Below are positions 1 to 14,304 of a stretch of 48,710 bases of DNA, piece by piece (position 1 is the stretch's first letter; every line of letters starts with the position of its first letter). Under the pieces are notes generated by a model. That model did no database searches. It was not told the DNA's origin and saw only the letters and a program-made list of their open reading frames with translations. Origin of the DNA: Candidatus Aminicenantes bacterium. Lineage in GTDB: Bacteria > Acidobacteriota > Aminicenantia > Aminicenantales > Aminicenantaceae. The translations under genes and the position numbers were made by a program. The stretch spans positions 1-48,710 of the forward strand of contig JACUUK010000003.1 of assembly GCA_014859315.1 (NCBI GenBank), read 5' to 3'.

Positions 1-70
1 CCCTCCATCCTTGCCAAGACCCTCCCACCCTCCACAATGGGCTTCAGATGGAGAGAAACCGTCGCCGCAC
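1..70 (-). mobile_element. Probable 5' end of a group II intron, running off the window edge
   Basis: Minus strand from 70 reads GTGCGGCGACGGTTTCTCTCCATCTGAAGCCCATTGTGGAGGG. It starts with the GUGYG 5' splice consensus and is GC-rich relative to the AT-rich flank. Domains V/VI and the RT ORF are not in the window. Confidence 0.45.
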
Positions 71-136
71 TTCTCAATTAGGTCAGATGTTTCCCTCATC
101 ACGGAAATAGAGATGATTACTAGAGTTATGTCCAGC

Positions 137-166
137 TTGACAGTGATTAAATTAAATCTATAGAAT
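137..166 (+). promoter_or_regulatory. Sigma70-type promoter for accA-hisS-aspS
   Basis: TTGACA (137-142), 18-bp spacer, TAGAAT (161-166), 35 nt upstream of the ATG. Confidence 0.6.
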
Positions 167-201
167 AGACAAGTAACAACAAAATATTAAATGGAAAGAC
201 T

Positions 202-1161
202 ATGGATTTAGAAGAAAAAGACTTTTATCAATTAGAAAAAAACATTGTTAAAATCACAGAAGAGATTGAAATTCTTCAAGAAAGTGAGGACCCTGAGAGA
301 AAAGAAAAGATTTCCTCTCTCAAGGAAGAAATAAAGCAAGAATGGAATAAAATCGCACCTCAGCTTACCCCCTTACATATAGTTCAAATCGCAAGGCATC
401 CAAAAAGGCCTTATACATTGGATTACATTGAAAATTTGATAGACGATTTCATGGAAGTTCATGGTGACCGCCGATATGGGGATGACCCGGCTATTGTTGC
501 GGGATTTGGTTTCTATCATGGGCAGACTGCTGCAATTATTGGGCATCAAAAAGGCCGGACTACACGGGAGAGAATTGCACGTAATTTTGGCCAGTCCAAT
601 CCCGAAGGGTATAGAAAAGCTCTTCGAGTGATGAAATTAGCCGAAAAATTTAATTTTCCTATCATCACCTTAATCGATACACCTGGAGCTTATCCTGGGA
701 TAGAAGCAGAAGAGCGTGGCCAAGCAGAAGCAATTGCCTATAATTTGAAAGAAATTTCAAGGTTAAATGTCCCTATGGTTGTTGTGGTTATAGGAGAAGG
801 AGGAAGCGGAGGAGCCCTGGGTATAGGTTTTGGCGATGCGATTTTAATGCTCGAGAATTCTTTCTATTCAGTCATATCTCCAGAAGGATGTGCAGCGATT
901 CTCTGGAAGGACCAAAAAGCAGTTCGTCAATCTGCAGAGAACTTAAAATTTCTGGCAAAAGACCTGTTGGGATTTGGAATCATTGATAAAATCATTCCTG
1001 AACCGCCTGGCGGAGCTCATGTAGATTATCTGCAAACATTCAAAAATGTAGACAAATATTTATATCCCACGTTAAAACAGTCAATGGAGAAGACTCCAGA
1101 AGAACGGAAAAAGCAACGGTATGAAAAAATCAGGAAAATAGGGATTATTGATGAGAGATGA
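202..1161 (+). CDS. accA: Acetyl-CoA carboxylase carboxyltransferase subunit alpha
   Basis: Motifs [61 protein letters not shown]. Confidence 0.97.
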   Translation: MDLEEKDFYQLEKNIVKITEEIEILQESEDPERKEKISSLKEEIKQEWNKIAPQLTPLHIVQIARHPKRPYTLDYIENLIDDFMEVHGDRRYGDDPAIVAGFGFYHGQTAAIIGHQKGRTTRERIARNFGQSNPEGYRKALRVMKLAEKFNFPIITLIDTPGAYPGIEAEERGQAEAIAYNLKEISRLNVPMVVVVIGEGGSGGALGIGFGDAILMLENSFYSVISPEGCAAILWKDQKAVRQSAENLKFLAKDLLGFGIIDKIIPEPPGGAHVDYLQTFKNVDKYLYPTLKQSMEKTPEERKKQRYEKIRKIGIIDER

Positions 1162-2423
1162 CTGAAGACACAAAGACAAGAAAAATTGCAGCCATCAAAG
1201 GGACAAAAGACATCCTTCCTCAAGAAGCAAGAAAGTGGCAAAAAGTAGAGACAGTTGCAAGGGAGATTTTTGAACGTTATGGCTACAGGGAAATACGATC
1301 TCCTATTTTCGAAGCAACTGAGCTTTTTAAGAAAGGAACCGGCGAGACCTCTGATATTGTCATTAAGGAGATGTATTCATTCAAGGACAAAGCAGGGCGC
1401 TCTCTAACGCTGAGGCCGGAATATACTCCTTCTGTCGTACGTGCAATCATTGAACACAGACTTTATCTTCAACCACAGCCCTTGAGATTTTATTTTATCG
1501 GTCCAATGTTTCGCTATGACAAGCCCCAAAAAGGTCGGTACCGCCAGTTTCATCAAATTGACATCGAAGTTTTTGACGAAAAGGATCCAGCAATAGATGC
1601 AGAAATTGTTGAGATGGCCGATCACCTGTTGAAGACATTGAAAGTAACAGGAACAGAAACTTTTGTGAATTCTGTGGGATGTAGAAAATGCCGGCCTGCC
1701 TACCATAAGGAATTGCGAAATCACGCTGATAAAGCAAGAAAACTGCTTTGTGTGGAATGCCAGAGAAAGATAGACACAAATCCTTTAAGGATTTTTGACT
1801 GCAAAATTAGCGGGTGCCAGGAGGTTTCACAAAGATTTCCCAAAATAACAGATTTCATTTGCCATGAATGCGAGGAACATTTCCGTAAATTTTGTGCATA
1901 CCTTGATTTGTTCAATATTAAATACAGGTTAGAACCCCGTTTAGTCCGCGGAATAGATTATTACACAAAAACAACATTTGAGGTCATAACCCCTGCACTT
2001 GGCGCTCAGGATGCAATTCTTGGAGGGGGCAGGTATGATGATATGATGAAGGTGTTTGGAGGGCCGGATATGTGTGGCATTGGATTCGCGGTGGGGATGG
2101 AAAGACTCGTTTCTCTTGTGCCTTTTGAGAACGAGGAAACCCAATCCATTTATATAGCTTATTTGGGAGATTTGGCTAAGGAGCTTGCTATGGATGTGGC
2201 AAAGGAATTGCGGCATGAAGGGATAGAGTGTCTTGTTGAATACAGGAAACGTACCTTAAGAAATCTAATGAGCCGTGCAAATAAATTGGGAGCCAAATGG
2301 GTTTTGATTATTGGTGAAGATGAAGTAAAAACCGGCAGATATCAATTGAAAGACATGATGACAGGAGAACAAAAGACTGTTAAAAGAGAACTCATCCTGA
2401 AAACACTCAAGGAGTCATCTTAG
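1158..2423 (+). CDS. hisS: Histidine--tRNA ligase
   Basis: [41 protein letters not shown]; ATGA overlap with accA. Confidence 0.97.
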   Translation: MTEDTKTRKIAAIKGTKDILPQEARKWQKVETVAREIFERYGYREIRSPIFEATELFKKGTGETSDIVIKEMYSFKDKAGRSLTLRPEYTPSVVRAIIEHRLYLQPQPLRFYFIGPMFRYDKPQKGRYRQFHQIDIEVFDEKDPAIDAEIVEMADHLLKTLKVTGTETFVNSVGCRKCRPAYHKELRNHADKARKLLCVECQRKIDTNPLRIFDCKISGCQEVSQRFPKITDFICHECEEHFRKFCAYLDLFNIKYRLEPRLVRGIDYYTKTTFEVITPALGAQDAILGGGRYDDMMKVFGGPDMCGIGFAVGMERLVSLVPFENEETQSIYIAYLGDLAKELAMDVAKELRHEGIECLVEYRKRTLRNLMSRANKLGAKWVLIIGEDEVKTGRYQLKDMMTGEQKTVKRELILKTLKESS

Positions 2424-2455
2424 AGGACGGTACCTTTCTAAAAAGGAAAAGAAGC

Positions 2456-4219
2456 ATGAAACTCCCGGAGTCATCCACATGGCAGCGGACGCATTATTGC
2501 GGAGCGCTGCGAGTCGAGCATATAGGAAAAGAAGTCGATCTTCTTGGATGGGCTCAGCGGCAAAGGGATATGGGAAACCTTGTTTTCATAGACTTAAGAG
2601 ATAGAGAAGGTGTGGTTCAAGTGGTGATTTCTTCTGATAAAAAGGCTCTTCTTGAGAAAGCAAAAAAGGTCAAGATGGAATATGTCATTGGCATAAAAGG
2701 GGTTGTCAAGGAAAGGGCTGAAAACTTGCGCAACCCCAATCTTCCTACAGGCAGCGTTGAAGTCGAAGCCAAAGAATTGTACATTTTAAATCCCGCAAAG
2801 ACCCCTCCATTTGTTATCACGGATCCTCCCCAGGCAACTGAAGAGCTCAGATTTAAATACAGGTACCTGGATTTAAGGCGGCCGTCTATGCAGCGGAACT
2901 TGAAACTTCGGCATCAAGCTGCGCTCACCATCAGAAATTTTCTGAGCGAACACGGATTCTACGAAATCGAAACTCCTTTTTTGACGAAATCGACTCCTGA
3001 AGGAGCAAGGGATTATCTTGTGCCAAGCCGGGTGTATAAAGGGAGATTTTTTGCTCTTCCACAATCTCCTCAATTATTTAAACAGATTCTGATGATTTCA
3101 GGAATTGACAGGTATTTTCAGATCGTTCGTTGTTTCAGGGACGAAGATTTAAGGGCAGACCGCCAGCCTGAATTTACCCAGGTTGATATAGAAATGAGTT
3201 TCATGGAAAGAAATGTCCTCTTCAATTTGATAGAATCCATGATGGCTTCAGTTTTTACTCTTATTGATGCACAAATCGAGCGTCCTTTTCCCATCTTGAC
3301 TCACGAAGAGAGTTTGGAAAAATATGGAACAGACAAGCCGGATTTGCGGTTCGGCATGGAAATTCATGATTTTTCAAAGTTAGCCCCTCGCCTCGATTCT
3401 GAAGTAATCCAAAAAGCTTTTTCTTCAGGTGGGACTTTGGAAGGCCTTATTGTGGAAAAAGGAGGCAATTTCTCAAGGAGCAGGCTTGATAAGCTGAACC
3501 AAAAGGCAAGGGAGCTTGGGGGGAAAGGGATAATATGGGTGAAAAACTCAGATGGATTCAAATCCTCGCTGAAGTTGCCAGAGAATCAGTTGTCACTCAT
3601 TTGGGAGTTGGGGGGATGCAGTAATGAGGACCTGGTTTTATTGGTGGCAGATGAGAAGCAAATTGCTTTAAAGGTCCTAGGAGGTATTCGGGAAGAGGTT
3701 CGACCCGAATGGGTTAAGACGTCTAATGATTTTCGGTTTGCGTGGATTACAGATTTTCCGCTGTTTGAGTGGAGCACAGAAGAAGGGCGACTTGTTTCTG
3801 TGCATCATCCTTTTACATCGCCTGAGGAAGGAGATCTCGGTTATTTAGAAAGCCAACCTCTTCGGGTCCGTGCCAAAGCATATGATTTAGTTCTTAATGG
3901 TACAGAAATAGGTGGTGGGTCTGTGCGAATCCATGATGTTTCGTTGCAGAAGAAAATATTTAAAATATTGGGCTTGACACATAAAGAAATTGGGGAAAAA
4001 TTTGGCTTCTTCTTAGAAGCGCTGAACTATGGTGTTCCCCCGCATGGTGGGATTGCTTTAGGATTTGACAGAATTGTGATGCTATTGGCTGGAGAGGAAT
4101 CCATCCGGGATGTAATTCCATTCCCCAAAACGACAAGCTCACTCTGTTTACTCACCGGGTCCCCATCTGAAATTGAAGAACGCCAATTGAAAGATTTAGG
4201 CATTAAAATCATTAAATAA
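2456..4219 (+). CDS. aspS: Aspartate--tRNA ligase
   Basis: RTHYCG, FIDLRD, STPEGARDYLVPSR, LPQSPQLFKQ, FRDEDLRADRQPEFTQ, PPHGGIALGFDR. Confidence 0.97.
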   Translation: MKLPESSTWQRTHYCGALRVEHIGKEVDLLGWAQRQRDMGNLVFIDLRDREGVVQVVISSDKKALLEKAKKVKMEYVIGIKGVVKERAENLRNPNLPTGSVEVEAKELYILNPAKTPPFVITDPPQATEELRFKYRYLDLRRPSMQRNLKLRHQAALTIRNFLSEHGFYEIETPFLTKSTPEGARDYLVPSRVYKGRFFALPQSPQLFKQILMISGIDRYFQIVRCFRDEDLRADRQPEFTQVDIEMSFMERNVLFNLIESMMASVFTLIDAQIERPFPILTHEESLEKYGTDKPDLRFGMEIHDFSKLAPRLDSEVIQKAFSSGGTLEGLIVEKGGNFSRSRLDKLNQKARELGGKGIIWVKNSDGFKSSLKLPENQLSLIWELGGCSNEDLVLLVADEKQIALKVLGGIREEVRPEWVKTSNDFRFAWITDFPLFEWSTEEGRLVSVHHPFTSPEEGDLGYLESQPLRVRAKAYDLVLNGTEIGGGSVRIHDVSLQKKIFKILGLTHKEIGEKFGFFLEALNYGVPPHGGIALGFDRIVMLLAGEESIRDVIPFPKTTSSLCLLTGSPSEIEERQLKDLGIKIIK

Positions 4220-4264
4220 ACAGGATTAATAGATAAAGGGGAAGGGTTTTATTTGACGGCAGAA

Positions 4265-4297
4265 GAAGTCGCCTTCTAAGCCAAAAAAGGAGACTTC
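4265..4297. other. Intergenic stem-loop between aspS and the M16 peptidase pair
   Basis: GAAGTCGCCTT (4265-4275) pairs with AAGGAGACTTC (4287-4297) with one mismatch; no clear U-tract. Confidence 0.35.
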
Positions 4298-4330
4298 CAA
4301 TTTACAATTTTATAAGAAAGGAGGGAAAAT

Positions 4331-5839
4331 ATGTTCCGTAAAAAATTTTTCTGTGTTTGTATTTCGCTCTTGCTTTCCGGATTTATTGCAATCCAGTTTT
4401 CTTCTGCCCAGACATTCGATGCGATTCAGAGCAAAATCCGTACTCACGTGCTCAAAAATGGCATGAAATTTATTGTGCTTGAACGGCAGCAGGCACCTGT
4501 TGTGTCTTTTCATGTATACGCTGATGTAGGCAGTGCCAATGAGTCTTATGGGATAACCGGAATCTCGCATCTTTTAGAGCATATGGCGTTTAAAGGATCA
4601 AAGATTGTTGGAACGACTAATTATGAAGAAGAGGTGAAAGTTCTTGATGAAATGGATGCTCTCTATGAAAACATCAAAAGGGAAGAGGCCAAAATCGCTC
4701 CTGATAAACAAGCATTAGAAAAAATGAATGCTCGATTCGAAGAATTACGCAAAAAAGCAAAGACTTACGTTGTAACCGATGAGTTTGTGGACATGTTGAT
4801 GAAAGAAGGTGATCGGTTTGTGAACGCCTACACCAGTAACGATGCAACCCAGTATATCGACGGCCTTCCTTCCAACAAAGTAGAATTCTGGATGTCCATG
4901 ACTTCCGACCGTTTCATGAATCCAGTGTTTCGAGAGTTCTATAAGGAAAGGGATGTTGTCATGGAAGAACGGAGGCTTGGTGTTGAATCGCGGCCATTAG
5001 GCCGGTTTATCGAGGATTTTTTTGCCGTTGCTTTTAAGGCACATCCATATCACCATGGAGTAGTAGGGCACATGTCAGACCTTCAGTCGATAACGCGGCA
5101 GGATGTAAAAGAGTATTTTAACAAATTTTATGGGCCAAATAATTTGACTGTAGCTATTGTCGGTGATGTCAAAGCTCCGGAGATCTTCAAGATGGCTGAA
5201 CAGTATTTTGGCCGGATTCCTGGAGGTGAAAGGCCAGAGTCTATAAGAACGGTCGAGCCTGAACAATGGGGAGAGCGGCGTGCTACGGTAGAAGCCATGG
5301 CTCAACCATTTCTCATTTTGGGTTTTCATAGGCCGGAAGTACGTCATCCTGACCACTATGCCCTTGAGGCATTGGCTAATATCTTAGGTCAAGGACGTTC
5401 TTCAAGGATATATCAATCTTTAGTGAAAGAAAAAAAGGTCAGCATTGAATGCGGAGCCTTCAATGGATTCCCTGGAGATAAATACCCTAACCTTATCGCT
5501 TTCTATGTTGTTCCAGCAAAAGGGCACACTTCAGACGAGTGCCTCTCTCTTTTAGACGAGGAACTCGAGAAACTGAAAAAAGAAGCTGTAACAGAGAACG
5601 AACTGAAAAAGTACAAAAATATGGCAGTGAAGCGCATGCTTGATCGCATGAAGTCAAACGCAGGGATGGCTGGAATGCTGACTTATGCTGATGCTGTTCT
5701 TGGGGACTGGAGCCTTGCCTTTACCCAGGTTGAGAAAATCCAGGCAGTGCGAGCCGAAGATATCCAGCAGGTGGCTATCAGATATTTAAACAAGAAGAAT
5801 TGCACGATTGGCGAGATTGTTTCCATCAACAATAAATAG
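4331..5839 (+). CDS. M16B (pitrilysin/insulinase family) zinc peptidase, catalytic subunit, exported
   Basis: Inverted zinc motif HLLEH, NAYTS, ERDVVMEERR, N-terminal signal peptide, strong RBS (AAGGAGG). Confidence 0.93.
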   Translation: MFRKKFFCVCISLLLSGFIAIQFSSAQTFDAIQSKIRTHVLKNGMKFIVLERQQAPVVSFHVYADVGSANESYGITGISHLLEHMAFKGSKIVGTTNYEEEVKVLDEMDALYENIKREEAKIAPDKQALEKMNARFEELRKKAKTYVVTDEFVDMLMKEGDRFVNAYTSNDATQYIDGLPSNKVEFWMSMTSDRFMNPVFREFYKERDVVMEERRLGVESRPLGRFIEDFFAVAFKAHPYHHGVVGHMSDLQSITRQDVKEYFNKFYGPNNLTVAIVGDVKAPEIFKMAEQYFGRIPGGERPESIRTVEPEQWGERRATVEAMAQPFLILGFHRPEVRHPDHYALEALANILGQGRSSRIYQSLVKEKKVSIECGAFNGFPGDKYPNLIAFYVVPAKGHTSDECLSLLDEELEKLKKEAVTENELKKYKNMAVKRMLDRMKSNAGMAGMLTYADAVLGDWSLAFTQVEKIQAVRAEDIQQVAIRYLNKKNCTIGEIVSINNK

Positions 5840-5850
5840 GAGGGTGAAGG

Positions 5851-7332
5851 ATGAATACTTTAAATAAAAAAATAACTGCAAGGAAAAAATCAATAGTCTG
5901 TATTTTCGGGCTGGCCATTTGTATAGGCATTATGTGCGGAGTCTTTGTATACGGCCAAAAAAGCCCCAAAGAAACTTTTGTGTTTCCTCCACTCAACCCC
6001 ATCCAAATGCCGAAAGTAGAACAAATGGAACTTCCCAATGGCCTCCAGCTATTTCTTGTGGAAGACCATGAATATCCAACGATCGATATGCATGCTTTGG
6101 TTCGAACAGGCTCTATTTATGAACCAAAGGAAAAGGTTGGGTTGGCTGCCTTAACAGGAAGAGTCTTGCGTACAGGTGGTACAGTGTCCAAAACAGGGGA
6201 TGAAATCGATAAAGAGTTAGAATCAATTGCAGCAAGAATTGAGGTCTTTATAGGGCAGACTTCAGGAAATATCAATGTATCGCTACTGAAAGAGGATTTA
6301 GATCAGGTACTGGGTATACTTGCAGACATATTGATGAACCCGGCTTTCAGGGAAGATAAAATTACTCTTGCAAAAATCATGGAAAAATCATCCATCTCCA
6401 GAAGGAACGATGATATCGGGCAGATAACCCGGAGAGAATTTAGAAAACTAATCTATGGAAAGGACAGTCCATATGCACGTCTTATGGAATATTCGACTAT
6501 CGATGCAGTGACAAGAGAGGACATTGTCAAATTTTATGAGACCTTCTTCCATCCGAACAACACTATTATGGCTGTGTGGGGAGATTTTAACAGCAAAGAA
6601 ATGGCTACTAAATTGGAAAAAACCCTGGGCGCTTGGAAAGGTAAAGATGTAATGCTTCCTCCTATTCCTGAAGTTAAATATGATTATAAATATACTGTGA
6701 ATTTTATTGATAAACCTGATGTTAATCAATCGAATATAATGCTGGGACATATCGGTGGGCTGATGAACGATCCAGATATTCCTGCATTGAGCGTCATGAA
6801 CAGCATCCTTTCCTATGAGCGAATGTTCAAGAAAATACGTACAGATGAAGGCCTTGCTTACAGTGTTTGGGGCGTTTATGGAGCAGAATACCAGTATCCA
6901 GGAATTTTCACTTGCGGGGCTCAAACAAAGTCTGAGTCTACTGTTTATGCCATTGAACTCATGCTCGAGGAACTAAAAAGAATTACACGTGATGAAGTAA
7001 GCGATGAAGAATTGGCGAAGGCAAAAGATGAATATCTCAATGGATATGTGTTTAATTTTGACAGTCGGGCCAAAATCGTAAACAGAATGATGGCTTATGC
7101 CTATTACGGATATCCTCTTGATTTTATGGAAAAAATCAGAAAAGAAGTGGAAAAAGTTACCAAGAAAGATGTGCTTCGTGTAGCTAAGAAATACCTCCAG
7201 CCGGATAAGGTTCAGATACTCGTTGTAGGAAACAAAGAAACGTTTGTCAAGCCGCTTTCGACATTAGGAGAAGTGAATAATATAGATATCAGCATTCCAA
7301 CTCCGGAGAAGACAGCGAATGAAGAAAAGTAA
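5851..7332 (+). CDS. M16B peptidase, non-catalytic partner subunit, exported
   Basis: M16 signature LPNGLQLFLVEDHEYP, no HxxEH, R/Y substrate-binding pair in IRTDEGLAYSV, N-terminal hydrophobic segment. Confidence 0.9.
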   Translation: MNTLNKKITARKKSIVCIFGLAICIGIMCGVFVYGQKSPKETFVFPPLNPIQMPKVEQMELPNGLQLFLVEDHEYPTIDMHALVRTGSIYEPKEKVGLAALTGRVLRTGGTVSKTGDEIDKELESIAARIEVFIGQTSGNINVSLLKEDLDQVLGILADILMNPAFREDKITLAKIMEKSSISRRNDDIGQITRREFRKLIYGKDSPYARLMEYSTIDAVTREDIVKFYETFFHPNNTIMAVWGDFNSKEMATKLEKTLGAWKGKDVMLPPIPEVKYDYKYTVNFIDKPDVNQSNIMLGHIGGLMNDPDIPALSVMNSILSYERMFKKIRTDEGLAYSVWGVYGAEYQYPGIFTCGAQTKSESTVYAIELMLEELKRITRDEVSDEELAKAKDEYLNGYVFNFDSRAKIVNRMMAYAYYGYPLDFMEKIRKEVEKVTKKDVLRVAKKYLQPDKVQILVVGNKETFVKPLSTLGEVNNIDISIPTPEKTANEEK

Positions 7333-7348
7333 ATTGTGAAATGTTAAG

Positions 7349-8161
7349 TTAGGCCACTCTTTCTAATGGGAGAATCAGGCATGTGGGGCCTCCTTCGCCT
7401 TTCACAAACTCAGATAGGTTAATAGCGTGGATTTTGAATCCCTCTTTTATTAAGACTTTAAAAGCAGCTTCATTGGATGCCTCAATAATCAATTCAGAAT
7501 TTCCCAAACAACTGACGTTGCTGCTGATAGATAAAGGACATTCTAATTCAATCCGCTCAAAACCTTTAAAGAAGTCTGAGGGGAAAACGTTCTTGCAGCA
7601 TAGAATTTGTTGCGGGCCGATGAGACTCATGAGGCCGCCCAGATGGAAATGCGGCAGAGGGACGGGAAAAGCCCTGATTTCATAGCCCATCCTTTGTAGA
7701 AGGGCTGAAATTTGCTCCACTCCTTTTTTGTTTGTCCTTTTGGATAGCCCCACAAACGCTACAGAGCCAGCCAGGATGATATCTCCCCCTTCAACAGTGC
7801 CGGGTGGGTGAATTGCTCCTGCGAAAGGTTCGCCAAGTTCCTTTAAATTTTGAGACATCCACTTTTCTTCCCCTCTCCTTGATTCTAAACCCATTCTTAA
7901 TCGAATATATCCTTGAGGAGTACATAAAGCAGAATCTCTGGTAAATACCGAGTTTGGGTGAGATTGAAGTTCACCAACATCGATAACTTCTGCCCCAAAC
8001 CCTCTAATAGTCATCTTGAGTGTGTTATGTTGCTTCTTAGCCTGTTCAACATCTGCCTGTTCTGCGATATTATGGTATTTAGGATTCTCAACGAGAAAGT
8101 ATTCTTTATTTGGGCTGCAGACTATCACGCGAGTTAATCGTTCTGCTTCACTCCTGAGCAT
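7349..8161 (-). CDS. Amidinotransferase/pentein family protein (DDAH/arginine deiminase-like)
   Basis: SVFTRD, RRGE, VEGGD, RTN, catalytic His (FHLGG) and Cys (GGPTCL). Confidence 0.88.
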   Translation of the reverse strand: MLRSEAERLTRVIVCSPNKEYFLVENPKYHNIAEQADVEQAKKQHNTLKMTIRGFGAEVIDVGELQSHPNSVFTRDSALCTPQGYIRLRMGLESRRGEEKWMSQNLKELGEPFAGAIHPPGTVEGGDIILAGSVAFVGLSKRTNKKGVEQISALLQRMGYEIRAFPVPLPHFHLGGLMSLIGPQQILCCKNVFPSDFFKGFERIELECPLSISSNVSCLGNSELIIEASNEAAFKVLIKEGFKIHAINLSEFVKGEGGPTCLILPLERVA

Positions 8162-8191
8162 GGCTTTTATTACCCTTTCATATGTTTTTAT

Positions 8192-9352
8192 CTATATAGG
8201 AGTGACTATCCGTGGGATGTGCTGAGAGATGCGGGTTGTCACTTCATAATTGATAGTGCTGATGAGGCCAGCCAGATAATCCGCAGTGATGGTCTCATTC
8301 CCCTGGCTTCCCAGCAAGACCACTTCGTCTTCTAATTGGACGCCGGGATTATCCGTAATATCCACCATAATCAGGTTCATACACACACGTCCGCGAAGAG
8401 GAGCTCTGCGTCCACGGATTAACACATGACTTTGGTTGCTTAATCTTCTGTCATACCCATCCGAATATCCTATTGGAAGAACAGCCACTCGGGATTCCCT
8501 CGTAGTCTGGTAAGTGCGGCCGTAGCCGATACTGTAATTAGCAGGAACGTGCTTTATCTGACCAACACGTGTTTTCCATGTGAGCACAGGTTGAAGGACG
8601 TCTTCGCCGTTTTTGGTGTGTTTGATTTTATAAGAGACAAAGGTTTCTCGTGAGGGCCATAATCCGTATTGGCTTATACCCAGGCGTACCATATCAAAAT
8701 GTGTTTCAGGGAATAGAAGTGTGGCAGCAGAGCAGGCGGCGTGTTTTTTTATCTTTGGGAAACCAGTGCTCCGAATTTGTGATATCATTTTTTCAAACCG
8801 GTCAATCTGATAATATGCATAGCTGTGATTGGTGGTATCTTCGATGTTAGCAAAGTGTGTGTAAGCTGCCTCCAGAGTTATAAAAGGAGAGTTTTTCAGT
8901 ATCTCTAGGAAATATTTAAGCTCTTGTTCATTGATTCCCAGGCGATATGTCCCTGTTTCTAACTTCAAGTGGATGCGAACCCGTTGGCCCATCTCTTGTG
9001 TCAGGCGTGTTAATTCTTTCAGAGTTTCAAGATTAAATAGCCCTAAGCGAAAATTGTTCTTGATTACTTCGGATAGTCTGTATAAGGCCACTGGTCCCAT
9101 TATCAGAATGTCTTGCAAGAATCCAGACTCTCGCAAGAGAAGAGCTTCATCAAGAGAATGAACACTAAGAGAATCTGCTCCATGCTTTACAGCTAAACCA
9201 GCAATTTCGCATATACCATGTCCATAAGCATTGGCTTTGACAACAGCAGATAGTTCGGAATGGCTTGAAACTCGTTTTTTGAAAAATTCCATGTTTTGCG
9301 CATATGCAGATTCAGAGATTTCTATCCATGTGTTCAGATCTTTATATTCCAT
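8192..9352 (-). CDS. alr: Alanine racemase family PLP enzyme
   Basis: PLP lysine in VVKANAYGHG; THFA; VRLGI; catalytic Tyr in IGYGRTY; PIGYSDGY; GRVCMN. Confidence 0.9.
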   Translation of the reverse strand: MEYKDLNTWIEISESAYAQNMEFFKKRVSSHSELSAVVKANAYGHGICEIAGLAVKHGADSLSVHSLDEALLLRESGFLQDILIMGPVALYRLSEVIKNNFRLGLFNLETLKELTRLTQEMGQRVRIHLKLETGTYRLGINEQELKYFLEILKNSPFITLEAAYTHFANIEDTTNHSYAYYQIDRFEKMISQIRSTGFPKIKKHAACSAATLLFPETHFDMVRLGISQYGLWPSRETFVSYKIKHTKNGEDVLQPVLTWKTRVGQIKHVPANYSIGYGRTYQTTRESRVAVLPIGYSDGYDRRLSNQSHVLIRGRRAPLRGRVCMNLIMVDITDNPGVQLEDEVVLLGSQGNETITADYLAGLISTINYEVTTRISQHIPRIVTPI

Positions 9353-9376
9353 GTTTATATGCCCAAAATAGGTTTA

Positions 9377-9405
9377 AAAATATCAATTTTCCAATGTCTT
9401 TGCAA
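9377..9405 (-). promoter_or_regulatory. Sigma70-type promoter for alr and the amidinotransferase gene
   Basis: Minus strand TTGCAA-N17-TATTTT with a TG extended -10. Confidence 0.4.
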
Positions 9406-9482
9406 GTAAAGAAGAATATGTTTATAAATTCTTAGAAGGGTTTTAAACCGACTGCTCTTTTTTGTGGCACCCTGCCGGCATT

Positions 9483-14023
<4,541 letters not shown>

Positions 14024-14127
14024 CGATGAATTCCTCCTCGCACCTGGATTTGATTCTTATCCTCCCATAAATTTTATTGCACAAGCACTATAAAGCTTAT
14101 GATAAATAGTGAAAGTATTTTAAATAG

Positions 14128-14158
14128 ATTATACGTAAAAATAAAGAATTCCGTTGCA
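14128..14158 (-). promoter_or_regulatory. Putative ECF-sigma promoter
   Basis: Minus strand TGCAAC-N17-CGTATAAT fits the AAC...CGT ECF architecture. Confidence 0.45.
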
Positions 14159-14304
14159 ATAAAATCGTAAAAATTAAGATTTACCTGTTGAAATGAAAAC
14201 ATTTATGTTCCTTTCTTTTATTCGTTATTCGATTTGCCCTACCAATTTTTATCTGTTAGTAGAATTCGATGTGATTTAGTTGGTATTTATTTTAAAGAAA
14301 GATT

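Noticed and set aside
45-100. RNase P RNA-like GTCGCCGC on the plus strand
   Set aside because: No following GAGGAAAGTCC signature
14024-14304. AT-rich spacer as a candidate oriC
   Set aside because: No cluster of DnaA boxes; isolated near-matches elsewhere (e.g. near 20884, 35175, 37230) are single and mostly within CDSs
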